From assembly GCA_963675245.1 (NCBI GenBank), contig OY775910.1, forward strand, positions 1,562,301-1,626,300: a DNA stretch of 64,000 nucleotides. Direction: 5' to 3'. The stretch's first letter is position 1. Every line of letters begins with the position of its first letter. The notes beneath the pieces were generated by a model. The model was not told the origin of the DNA and ran no database searches. It worked only from the letters and a program-made list of their open reading frames with translations. Both the position numbers and the translations under genes were made by a program. This DNA comes from Acholeplasmataceae bacterium. Its GTDB lineage: Bacteria > Bacillota_I > Bacilli_A > Acholeplasmatales > Acholeplasmataceae. This document shows, piece after piece, positions 31,287 to 40,424 of this stretch.

Positions 31287-33059
31287 TTAAAGTTTCCTTT
31301 CTTTAATATATGCAATCGCTACTGAGCCTTTACCACTATGTATGGCGGTTGCACTTGAAACTTCTGCAATATACTCAGGTTTTTTTCCTATAATGTCAGT
31401 GAATAGTGTTTCATACGTTTTGACCAAAGGTATATTCTCACAATGAACAAGTGCATATTTCTCAATGCCTTGTTCTTGAAGATCTCTTTTAATATGTTTG
31501 ACAATTTTTTTAGTAATTCCTTTTTGAGATAATGCGAATCCAAATGCGGTGCCTTTGCCTTGTTTATCAATAGCCATAATAGGTCTAATACCAAGTGCCA
31601 TACCAATATTACCAACCGCTTTAGGTAATCGTCCACTCATTGTGGCATATTTAAATGTTTCAAGACAAACTAAAATTTCAGATCTCGCTTTTTCATCATT
31701 TATAATCTCTTTGATTTCTGTTAATGATTTTTGTTGTTGGACTAACTCTACAGCATGTTTGACGAGTAAACCTTCTGCAGCAGAATTGGTCAAACTATCA
31801 ATATGAACAATTTCTTTACCTAATGATTGTAAGTTTTTAACTTCTGCTTGAATAACTTCATAGGTAGCACTAAGCTTGGAAGATACACTAATGACCACTA
31901 TTTTTTGATACACACCAAATAGTTTATCAAACAAATCTTTCACATTTTTAGAACTTGGCGTGGCTGTTGTTGGATATTCGATACCCTTATCAATTAAACC
32001 AAACAAAATAGTGTTGTTAATCGTCAGTTTATCTAAATAATTCACATTTTCAATCATGACATTAATAGGTAAGACCGAAACATCATTGATTAATAAATAA
32101 TTTTGATCAATATCGCATATAGAATCTGTAACAATTACAGTATCGTATTTCGTTTGTTTCATTTTAATATCGAGTGTCATATCATCTACTTTTTGTGCAA
32201 TGATATGGCCAAATCCACTTAATACTTGGAATACATTTGAAGGTTCATTCGTGTGAATATGAACACGAAACATCGTCGCACCAACAGCAACAATCAAACT
32301 ATCACCATAACCTTGAAGCGCTTTTAATATCTCATCTTCTTTTTGATTATTGTGTGAAACAAGTCCTTCTGTACAATAACGATAAAGGCCGATATCGTCT
32401 TCAGAATGATCATGTTCAATAATAATTTCTTCAAATGATTCTTGTTCTAATTGTTCTGCATTGAAATAACTATTTATACCTTCTAAAAATGTCACAAAAC
32501 CCAAAGCACCGCTATCAATCACATCACGTTTTTTTAAGACTTCAAGTTGTTCTTTTGTTTCATCTAGAGCTATTTTAGCTTTTGCGTATGCATGAAGGAA
32601 GAAATCTCTATTAGACGTTGCTTGTTTGTAATATTCAAGTAGGTTATTTGCCCATGATTTCATCACGGTTAAAATCGTACCTTCAACTGGTTGGCTTAAT
32701 GAATGATACGTGTGTTCAACACTATCGTTTGCCATCATTGCAAACCGTTCCAACGACACTTCATCATCACCAGCTGATGATAAGCGAAGCCCATTGATGA
32801 ACTGTGCGAAAATAATACCACTATTTCCTCTAGCACCAATCAATGCTGCATTACTAATTGAATCCAATGTCACGTGAAAAGACGGTTTTGAAACTGATTC
32901 AGTCATAATCGTCTGAAGTGTCATTGCTAAATTATTTCCTGTATCACCATCCGGTACAGGAAATACGTTAATATCATTTAAAATTTTTCTTTTTCTGGAA
33001 ATAAATGTCGCACCATACTTAAACATTTGATACAAATCATTGCCATTTAGATACATCAT
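31287..33059 (-). CDS. DAK2 (FakA-like) - DegV (FakB-like) fusion protein
   Basis: [35 protein letters not shown] and VHIHTN, followed by a DegV domain (IVTDS...PTTATP...SSKLSATY...SGRL...IHSG). Confidence 0.9.
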   Translation of the reverse strand: MMYLNGNDLYQMFKYGATFISRKRKILNDINVFPVPDGDTGNNLAMTLQTIMTESVSKPSFHVTLDSISNAALIGARGNSGIIFAQFINGLRLSSAGDDEVSLERFAMMANDSVEHTYHSLSQPVEGTILTVMKSWANNLLEYYKQATSNRDFFLHAYAKAKIALDETKEQLEVLKKRDVIDSGALGFVTFLEGINSYFNAEQLEQESFEEIIIEHDHSEDDIGLYRYCTEGLVSHNNQKEDEILKALQGYGDSLIVAVGATMFRVHIHTNEPSNVFQVLSGFGHIIAQKVDDMTLDIKMKQTKYDTVIVTDSICDIDQNYLLINDVSVLPINVMIENVNYLDKLTINNTILFGLIDKGIEYPTTATPSSKNVKDLFDKLFGVYQKIVVISVSSKLSATYEVIQAEVKNLQSLGKEIVHIDSLTNSAAEGLLVKHAVELVQQQKSLTEIKEIINDEKARSEILVCLETFKYATMSGRLPKAVGNIGMALGIRPIMAIDKQGKGTAFGFALSQKGITKKIVKHIKRDLQEQGIEKYALVHCENIPLVKTYETLFTDIIGKKPEYIAEVSSATAIHSGKGSVAIAYIKERKL

Positions 33060-33169
33060 AAACTCCTTTTAACGATTTATTCACCTATATTATATCAAAT
33101 ATAATCAATCAATAAACTAACATGCATTAAATAAAAAGACTGAATATCTCAGCCTTATTAAAAAACTAC

Positions 33170-33679
33170 TTATTTATGATAGACCAATTCAGCAAATTGA
33201 CCATAGTGATTAATCTTTTGTAAATGCCATTTTTTTAAACCATCTTGTTGCGTAAACAAGGGAATACCAGACCCAAGTAGCACTGGTGCTATTTGAATCA
33301 TCATGACATCGACTAAGTCGTGGTCTAGTAATGGTGCTAAGATACTATTACCACCAATGATCCAAATATTTTTATCTATAGGTAAGTCACTAACAAATGT
33401 AGCTACATCACCATTTACTGGTTTAAATTGGTTTAGCGGGAGATCTTTACTATGCGTGAAAACGTAGTTAGTCGTTGTAGAATAAATAGTATCTTTCTCT
33501 TCAATAGTTGCAATAAAATCAAATGTTTTTTTGCCCATAATCGTTATATCCATTTTTTGGTAAAAACTGTCATATTCAGTTTCTTCTGTAGTACCCACTT
33601 CAAATAACCAGTCTAACTTGTGATTCTTATCAGCTAAATAACCATCCAAAGTGATGCATCCATAAAAGTAAACACTCAT
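33170..33679 (-). CDS. Dihydrofolate reductase family (RibD C-terminal-like) protein
   Basis: TLDGYLA, MGKKTF, WIIGG and APVLLGSGIPLF. Confidence 0.88.
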   Translation of the reverse strand: MSVYFYGCITLDGYLADKNHKLDWLFEVGTTEETEYDSFYQKMDITIMGKKTFDFIATIEEKDTIYSTTTNYVFTHSKDLPLNQFKPVNGDVATFVSDLPIDKNIWIIGGNSILAPLLDHDLVDVMMIQIAPVLLGSGIPLFTQQDGLKKWHLQKINHYGQFAELVYHK

Positions 33680-33691
33680 ATAAACACCTCT

Positions 33692-33742
33692 TTATTTTAA
33701 TTCCAGTAATGTGACACTTTCAACTTGCGTCGAGTGCTCCAT
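33692..33742 (-). pseudogene. Displaced original 3' end of rlmD (att-like junction of the island)
   Basis: Translates as HSTQVESVTLLELK*, paralleling the current RlmD C-terminus TAHVESITLLSLK*; followed directly by the RBS of the DHFR-family gene. Confidence 0.75.
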
Positions 33743-34001
33743 ATTGCTTGAAAATGGGGTGTTGTGTGTACTCAAGAAACATAAATATGGCACTTTTTAT
33801 GTTTACTCACACAGGCACAGAAAAACCAAGGTAACATATTTTATACTTATAATATATTGACCCTTACATCAACCATTCTCTTATTTTATGTAGGGAAATA
33901 ACAATAGCAATCTCATTAAATGGTTACATTTTTTGATATATTACCTCTGTTTATACAAGCATAACTCATACTTGCAAAAATTCTTACACATAAAGTTGTT
34001 G

Positions 34002-34073
34002 TCATAAAAAAGTGCACGCAGTTAGTGTAGTCACAACTGCTACTAATGTTACTAAACTTAATAATTTTCTCAT
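34002..34073 (-). CDS. 23-aa ORF consisting of a lipoprotein signal peptide (probable remnant or micro-lipoprotein)
   Basis: AAGGAG RBS, then MRKLLSLVTLVAVVTTLTACTFL* with an LTAC lipobox. Confidence 0.45.
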   Translation of the reverse strand: MRKLLSLVTLVAVVTTLTACTFL

Positions 34074-34824
34074 TTTACATTCTCCTTTTTTCATATCGTT
34101 GCAGTTAGATTTTACTAATAAGTTAATAAATTGTAAAGTGTATCTGTAATCTTTCTAAATATCGTTACAAGTAAGATTTACGAATAAGTCTATGAATAAG
34201 AAGTTACAAACTTGAGGGTAAAAGGGGGTTGCTAGTATTAATTGCGATACAATGCGTACTGCACCACCAATGATCATCGATAAATATAATGTTTCGATTA
34301 CCTCCAATGTTGAAATAATCAGAAAACAGTTTCAAGACTGAGTAAATAGAAAGCTGAAATTTAGCTAAACTAATACGCAAGTCACAATTAGATCGCCGTA
34401 TTTGCATAATATGATGATTCTTACTTCTCAATCAATTTATACTAGCTAGTTGATAACGCGGATAATTAAAAAAGGAATTGTATAAAGATAATCATTCTCG
34501 GACAAGGATCAAATATACCTTTTTGGAAACGAATACAAGGATACATAAAAATTAGTTTGAAGCATACATATAAAAATATTGAATAAACCTCTGAGATATA
34601 TTTTCAGAGGTTAAATTTATATGTGGTAACACTTCGTAGTGTATTTAACAATACCTTCGAGTCACTCAATATAATAATTCAAAACTATCACTACTCAAAA
34701 TGGATTGTTGAGAAATTCTTAGAAATTCTTAAAGTGTATTAAAGAATCTCTCTATTTGTCTTATAATCCAAATAATTCCATTTAATCGTGGATTAAATAC
34801 AGATTTCAAATTTTATTGTGTTCT

Positions 34825-35262
34825 TCAAAGTTCAAAGCTTAAAGGATTACATGCTTCGTTTATAGCAGATATTAACTCTTTTTCAACCTGTAATGCTATA
34901 TCAGATAAACTATCATCAGAAAGTATGTTCATTAGTTTTGTTGGTTTTATTAACCCTACAAACACTTGAGATTTTTCCTCATATATCACTATCTTACATG
35001 GTAGCAGGAAACCCATTACTAGGTTTTTATCCAAAACATTTTTTGCCTGTTTCGGATTACATACTTCAAGAATCTTAAAGTTACTCTCAAAATCATAACC
35101 CTTTTCGTGTAATTTGTCCTTAAAATTCAACTCCCAAAGTACTCCGAATTGGTGATGTTGTAAAGAGTTTTTCAAGTTGTCGGTTACATTATCAAAATCC
35201 ATATTGTTGCGAACTTTGTTAATGTATGTGGTATCGTTTAGATCTAAAAATTTGTTTTCCAT
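34825..35262 (-). CDS. DUF302 domain protein
   Basis: FGVLWEL, KILEVCNP and LLPCKIVIYE. Confidence 0.88.
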   Translation of the reverse strand: MENKFLDLNDTTYINKVRNNMDFDNVTDNLKNSLQHHQFGVLWELNFKDKLHEKGYDFESNFKILEVCNPKQAKNVLDKNLVMGFLLPCKIVIYEEKSQVFVGLIKPTKLMNILSDDSLSDIALQVEKELISAINEACNPLSFEL

Positions 35263-35292
35263 TTAATACTCCTTTCATTCTGTAAAATCATT

Positions 35293-35484
35293 CTAGTGAA
35301 AATATACACCGTATATACTATTCTCCTGTGTTGACACTTCTGAATAATCATTTATTTTATTAAAATCAGAATAAGAACTCTTAATAGTATTATTATCCTT
35401 CATTAAGATTATACTAAAAATAAGAGCCACAAATAATAATGAAGTGCCAATGAGTACGTTTCTTAAAAATCTGTCTTTCTTCAT
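35293..35484 (-). pseudogene. Truncated membrane-anchored (possibly thioredoxin-like) protein
   Basis: N-terminal TM, then YSDF...IYGVYFH and a stop where a CxxC might be expected. Confidence 0.4.
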
Positions 35485-35858
35485 ATAGTGTCTTGTCCCT
35501 TCTTAGGCGCAAAATTTTTATAAAGTACTGTAATTTTTAAGTCATTGGTTACCATATAATTTCCTATAATAACTCGATCCTTGTTTATATATTTAGACCT
35601 CCATATTTTTATTCTTTTTCTTAGCATATAATTCTCCTTTCTTTTTTTTGTACAATAGAGCTTAACTTATAAATAACTTCAGCTTGTAGTGTTTGGGTTA
35701 GTCTTAATCACTTGACATTGATTTATACAACCTGAAGATTAACTGCTTATGTTTTTTTTGATGTGTTTTAAACATACATTTTATCATTGTATCATTTGGC
35801 AACGATTATCTCTTCCTTATATATAAGGATCAATAGTTCACCGATGACTGTCCTTTAC

Positions 35859-36326
35859 TCAGCTCTCTTTCTTAAATATCAAACTTATGGCATAACCTGA
35901 AACTCCTAAGGTAAGAAAAACATCAGCTAAATTGAAAACTGGGAAGTCATAACCAAAGACAAGGAAATCTAAATAATCAATAACATAACTCAATAGAATC
36001 CTATTTATGAAATTACCTAAACTTCCGGATATCAAAAGTATCATTGAAATTGTAAGTAATTTTTCATTCTTAAAATCACCATGTTTTATCAAAACAAACG
36101 TAAAAATAACTAAAGAAATCACTGTAATTATTATTAAGAAAGTCATTCGACCTTGAAATAGTCCCCATGCTGCTCCTTCGTTTTTAGTGTATGTAATAGT
36201 AAATAGATCCTGAATAATAACAACTTTTTGATATATGTTAATACTCACAGTTATAAAATGTTTTACCTGTTGTTCAATAGTTACCAAAACTGTAATAATT
36301 AATAAATATATAACGTATTTTTTCAT
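35859..36326 (-). CDS. lspA: Signal peptidase II
   Basis: NEGAAWG, GSLGNFINR, VIDYL and FPVFNLAD. Confidence 0.92.
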   Translation of the reverse strand: MKKYVIYLLIITVLVTIEQQVKHFITVSINIYQKVVIIQDLFTITYTKNEGAAWGLFQGRMTFLIIITVISLVIFTFVLIKHGDFKNEKLLTISMILLISGSLGNFINRILLSYVIDYLDFLVFGYDFPVFNLADVFLTLGVSGYAISLIFKKES

Positions 36327-36477
36327 GTTTATCCTCAAATTGAATAGCTCTCTCACAAGTGTCCTTCATTTTTGAACCAATTATTTTAGTTGCAAGTTAA
36401 ACTATTTTAATCTTTCTTTGTATAAATTGTTGTTTCTCTTCATCGTTGATTGAATATAACAAGCTTTATTTTTACTA

Positions 36478-36621
36478 CTATCCTAAAACTCGATCATTAT
36501 GAATTGAAAATTTCTTTTCATTATACCTCAATACTCTCATGGCATTAAATATGGCAATTATTGAAACTCCTACATCTGCAATGACAGCTTCCCACATTGT
36601 TGCGATACCAACAGCACCTAG
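36478..36621 (-). pseudogene. 3' fragment of a second CadA-like P1B-ATPase
   Basis: Translates as LGAVGIATMWEAVIADVGVSIIAIFNAMRVLRYN..., close to the intact CadA C-terminus; cut exactly at the TGT end at 36622. Confidence 0.88.
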
Positions 36622-36703
36622 TGTCTTGTCATTATGGACTTTATCACTGTTTTTGATAACCTCTAGACTAACTTTACTACAACCTCTTGACTAACTTTAC
36701 TAT
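36622..36703 (+). repeat. Orphan transposon-end-like sequence with a 23-bp tandem repeat
   Basis: TGTCTTGTCATTA at 36622, then AACCTCT(A/T)GACTAACTTTACTA(C/T) x2 (36658-36703). Confidence 0.7.
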
Positions 36704-37045
36704 AAATAATGCTAAAAGTTCATATTTTATTTATATATTAATTTTTCACAACTAATTCATACTATTCTCATTGAGGTGGTTCTCAATTATTGAAATTTTA
36801 TCTTTTCTATTCATAGCTTTATAAGCTTTTAGCCATTCTTCTAAAGAAGATAAATAAATGGTAACTCCTTGTATCTTTATTTCATCAGTTGATGATGAAT
36901 CATCGAATGTATATAAGCTACCATCTGTACTGATTTTAAAACTGCTTTCTCAATTGCAAATTGCGTTATAGCCTGTGTGATTTGAGCATTCACATAAGCC
37001 TTTGATGCAGCATTTACATTATTAGCCACTTTACCTATTGTGGAT

Positions 37046-37141
37046 TGTCTTGTCATTACGGAGTTTTACTCTAAAATCACTCGTGTTCGACGGAGTTTTA
37101 CTCTGTTTCCAACGGAGTTTTACTCATTTTCGGATGGAGTT
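37046..37141 (+). repeat. IS21/Tn7-type transposon end with internal repeats
   Basis: TGTCTTGTCATTA at 37046; ACGGAGTTTTACTC at 37058, 37090 and 37112, partial at 37134 (spacing 32/22/22). Confidence 0.75.
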
Positions 37142-37170
37142 GCTTTTTGTCTAAGGTATTGAGGGCTAAT

Positions 37171-37281
37171 ACAATTTTAGCACCCCGACCTTTAAATCGT
37201 GTAAATATTTTAGCACCCTAGTGTTATATCGTGCAATTTTTTAGCACCCTTGCGTCAAATCGTGTAAAAGTTTAGCACCCC
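37171..37281 (+). repeat. Four-copy 31-33 bp periodic repeat (iteron or transposase-binding-site like)
   Basis: TTTAGCACCC at 37176, 37209, 37240 and 37271; the last three are preceded by ATCGTG(T/C)AA. Confidence 0.85.
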
Positions 37282-37376
37282 TAAATTATGGCTTAATGAA
37301 GCTGTTTTTATTAGAGACTTGTTAAAAAAACATAGCCTTAAATTGAATAAACTCTAATAAGTTAGTATAATTTAAG

Positions 37377-39719
37377 TTAATTATTTATTTTATAGTTATA
37401 TTTGAGTACCCTCATTGCATTTAGTACTGCTAATAATGATACTCCGACATCAGCAATCACGGCTTCCCACATAGTTGCAATTCCGATAGCTCCTAAGGCT
37501 AAAAACAGGAATTTAACTCCTAATGCGAAGTATATATTTTGCCAAACAATCTTTCTGGTTCTCTTTGCCACAAAGACCGCAGTACCTATCTTAGAAGGTT
37601 CATCATTCATAATCACGACATCAGCTACATCGATGGCTGCATCGGCACCGAGTCCACCCATAGCAATTCCAATATCAGCTCTCGCTAATACTGGTGTATC
37701 GTTGATACCATCACCTACAAAGAACAGCTTCCCTCTGCTCGATTTTTGGAGTAATAACTTCTCTACAATATTGAGCTTATCTTCAGGCAACAATTCGCTA
37801 TGAATTTCATCGATATCTAACTCTTGTCCAACTGTATCAGCAACTAATTTCTTATCACCAGTTAGCATGACAGTTTTTTTAATGCCTAATGATTTCAACA
37901 TTTTGATAGCTGCTTTTGAGTCTTTCTTTATCTGATCTGAGACAACAATATTTCCAACATATTTTCCATTGATAGCGATGTATATAATTGAACCCAACGA
38001 AACAGATTCCTTGAATTCAACACCTTCTCTTTTCATCAATCTAGCATTCCCGATTGCAATGATATCATTTTGATAAGTTGCTTTTACACCGTGTCCAGAT
38101 ATTTCTTCAACATCAGTTATTAAACTTTGATCTATTTCTTTATTGTATTTATTGACGACTGAGACAGCGATAGGATGATTAGAAAAACTTTCCACATAAG
38201 CTGCTTTTTCGAGCAACTCTTCTTGTGTTGCACCATTAGCTGTATTGATTTCAGTCACTGTAAACGTTCCCTCAGTCAATGTGCCAGTCTTATCAAAAAC
38301 TGCAATCTCAATGTTATTTAATGCTTCTAGGTAGTTTCCACCTTTAACTAAGATACCATTTCTTGATGCAGCTCCAATACCACCAAAGAAACCAAGCGGA
38401 ATCGATACAACGAGTGCACATGGACACGAAATAACTAAGAATATAAGTGCTCTGTAGATCCATTCCTCAAAAGTTGCACCTTGTATAACGAGTGGTGGTA
38501 TTACCGCAATCAAAACAGCCAACGAAGTGACAATTGGAGTATATACTCGTGCAAATTTAGTGATAAAATTCTCGGTTGGTGCTTTTTTGCTGGTTGCATT
38601 TTCAACCATTTCAAGTACCTTAGAAACAGTTGATTCGCTTGCGAGTTTGGTAACTTTAACGGTCAATAAACCATTGATATTAATACAACCAGAGAGTACC
38701 ATCTCACCTTTTGTAACATTTACAGGCACAGATTCTCCTGTTAGAATTTTTGTGTCAATTGTGGAATCTCCTGACAACACTTCACCATCAAGCGGAATTC
38801 TTTCGCCTGGTTTAATGATCATTATCTCTCCAGTTTGAACGTCTTCAACACGCATTTCCACAGAAGTGTTGCCTTTTTTAATCGTTGCGACATCAGGTCT
38901 GATTGACATCAATTTTTTTATGGATCTTCTGGATCGATTGACTGCTACGTCTTGGAAAAATTCACCGACCTTATAAAAAATCATAACTGCAACTGCTTCA
39001 GGATGCTCTCCAATAGCAAATGCACCCATAGTTGCTATCGTCATTAAGAAGTTTTCATCGAACACCTTACCTCGATATATGTTATTGACTGCCTTCAGTA
39101 CAACTTCTCCACCGATGATGAAATAACTTAGTATAAGTAATACATAACGAAAAACCGTTCCTTCAGCAATCAATAATCCTCCAATAAATAGTAAGATACC
39201 TATACCGAAGATGATTAAATCTTTCGTCATTGATGATTCTTCATCCACGTGATCTTCATTCTTCACATTTGATTGTGCTATCGTTACGCCAGGCTCAATT
39301 TTATCAATAATTTTTTGAACCTTTTCTTCTATACGTTTTTGATCTAGCGAATTTTTGAATTGAAGTGTCAGTTTTTTTGCTAGAAAATCAATGTTGGCAC
39401 CTAAAATTCCTTCGGTTTTGTTTAATTTTTCTTCTATCTTAGCCGCACAATTTGCACAGTCTAAACCATCTATAGTATAAATGACATTTGGGGTTAGTTC
39501 ACATACCTCGACATCACCCTCTTCATCTTTCACAATTTTTTTAATCGTGTCAAATAGTCTTGCGGTATCAGTTGAATCCGTAACTTTTACCTTGATTTCT
39601 TTTGTAACAAAGTTTAAATAGCCTTCTTCAACTCCGTTTAACTTCTTTATCTTTTGTTCAATCTTATCTGCACAACTCGCACAGCTTATTTCTGATAAAC
39701 TATATTTAATCTCTTTCAT
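37377..39719 (-). CDS. cadA: Cd/Zn/Pb-translocating P1B-type ATPase
   Basis: Two HMA domains (SCASC, DCANC), TGES, ISCPCAL, DKTGTLT and GDGINDTP. Confidence 0.95.
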   Translation of the reverse strand: MKEIKYSLSEISCASCADKIEQKIKKLNGVEEGYLNFVTKEIKVKVTDSTDTARLFDTIKKIVKDEEGDVEVCELTPNVIYTIDGLDCANCAAKIEEKLNKTEGILGANIDFLAKKLTLQFKNSLDQKRIEEKVQKIIDKIEPGVTIAQSNVKNEDHVDEESSMTKDLIIFGIGILLFIGGLLIAEGTVFRYVLLILSYFIIGGEVVLKAVNNIYRGKVFDENFLMTIATMGAFAIGEHPEAVAVMIFYKVGEFFQDVAVNRSRRSIKKLMSIRPDVATIKKGNTSVEMRVEDVQTGEIMIIKPGERIPLDGEVLSGDSTIDTKILTGESVPVNVTKGEMVLSGCININGLLTVKVTKLASESTVSKVLEMVENATSKKAPTENFITKFARVYTPIVTSLAVLIAVIPPLVIQGATFEEWIYRALIFLVISCPCALVVSIPLGFFGGIGAASRNGILVKGGNYLEALNNIEIAVFDKTGTLTEGTFTVTEINTANGATQEELLEKAAYVESFSNHPIAVSVVNKYNKEIDQSLITDVEEISGHGVKATYQNDIIAIGNARLMKREGVEFKESVSLGSIIYIAINGKYVGNIVVSDQIKKDSKAAIKMLKSLGIKKTVMLTGDKKLVADTVGQELDIDEIHSELLPEDKLNIVEKLLLQKSSRGKLFFVGDGINDTPVLARADIGIAMGGLGADAAIDVADVVIMNDEPSKIGTAVFVAKRTRKIVWQNIYFALGVKFLFLALGAIGIATMWEAVIADVGVSLLAVLNAMRVLKYNYKINN

Positions 39720-39733
39720 GTTTTTTCTCCATT

Positions 39734-40099
39734 CTATTTATGTTTGATATGATTCATTGCTTGTGTAATTAACACATGGACGTGGTCATCGTCAAGCGAG
39801 TAATAAACAACATTTCCCTCTTTTCGGTATTTAACCAAACGATTCTCTCTTAAGGTTTTCAATTGATGTGAGACAGCGGACTGACTGACATTGATCACAG
39901 CAGACAGATCGCACACACACAACTCGGTTTCTTTTAATGCCAATACGATTTTCATTCTTGTGGGATCGCTAAATGTTTTGAAGAACAAAGTTAGCAGTGA
40001 AATAGATTCATTATCTAGTAAGTTTTTATGGGCTATTTCTATTTTTTCAGGGTGAAGAACATTACATTCACAAAACTCTATTATATCTTTTTGATCCAT
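39734..40099 (-). CDS. cadC: ArsR/SmtB family metal-sensing repressor (CadC/SmtB-like)
   Basis: FSDPTRMKI, ELCVCDL, SQSAVSHQL and YSLDDDHV...H; directly upstream of cadA. Confidence 0.88.
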   Translation of the reverse strand: MDQKDIIEFCECNVLHPEKIEIAHKNLLDNESISLLTLFFKTFSDPTRMKIVLALKETELCVCDLSAVINVSQSAVSHQLKTLRENRLVKYRKEGNVVYYSLDDDHVHVLITQAMNHIKHK

Positions 40100-40112
40100 A
40101 CTAATCTCCTAT

Positions 40113-40168
40113 CTATATGAGTGCTCATTCATATAGGTATATTATATCACAACAAAATAAGCAGTCAA
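40113..40168 (-). promoter_or_regulatory. cadCA promoter and ArsR/SmtB-type operator
   Basis: TTGACT, 16 bp, TATAAT with extended TG (40168-40141); inverted repeat CTATATGA-N8-TCATATAG (40113-40136) between the -10 and the RBS. Confidence 0.8.
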
Positions 40169-40320
40169 TGAAATTACACCGGTTTTGAACGATAATAAGT
40201 TTTTGTTGTTACTACCATGTTGAATTAAATATGTTGCGTAAGACAACCATTCGGACAAAAAAGGTCATTTTTCATCAAAAAATATGTTCCCACAATGGAC
40301 GAAATTTGCACACATAGACA

Positions 40321-40368
40321 AAAAAAGCCATCGGATACCTATGAAGGTCATCTGATGGCTGATTTTTA
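40321..40368 (-). terminator. Terminator downstream of rlmD (inside the island end)
   Basis: Minus strand AGCCATCAGATGACCT-tcat-AGGTATCCGATGGCTTTTTTT. Confidence 0.7.
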
Positions 40369-40424
40369 TTAAGTTGGGTTAAATATAGAGTGCTGTCAAG
40401 TATGTGTCAAGTATATAACAAGTG

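Larger units (their letters stand above)
33743..40424. mobile_element. Decayed integrative island inserted in the rlmD 3' end, carrying heavy-metal resistance cargo
   Basis: Two versions of the RlmD C-terminus bracket it; coding density drops; contains gene fragments and transposon-end repeats; no intact integrase visible. Confidence 0.7.

Noticed and set aside
34204..34431. 75-aa ORF in the island
   Set aside because: No recognisable motif or convincing RBS; lies in decayed, largely non-coding DNA.
35502..35627. ~41-aa ORF MLRKRIKIWRSKY... with an AAAGGAG RBS
   Set aside because: An RBS is present, but there is no recognisable family; probably a decayed gene start and cannot be supported.
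37046..37281. Repeat arrays as a CRISPR array
   Set aside because: Repeats are 10-22 bp with 8-18 bp linkers, too short for spacers; two unrelated repeat types; no cas genes in the window.
37148..40320. TGTCTA (37148) ... TAGACA (40320) as terminal inverted repeats of a cadCA transposon
   Set aside because: Only about 6 bp plus A/T runs match, the internal repeats are not mirrored at the right end, and no target-site duplication is visible.
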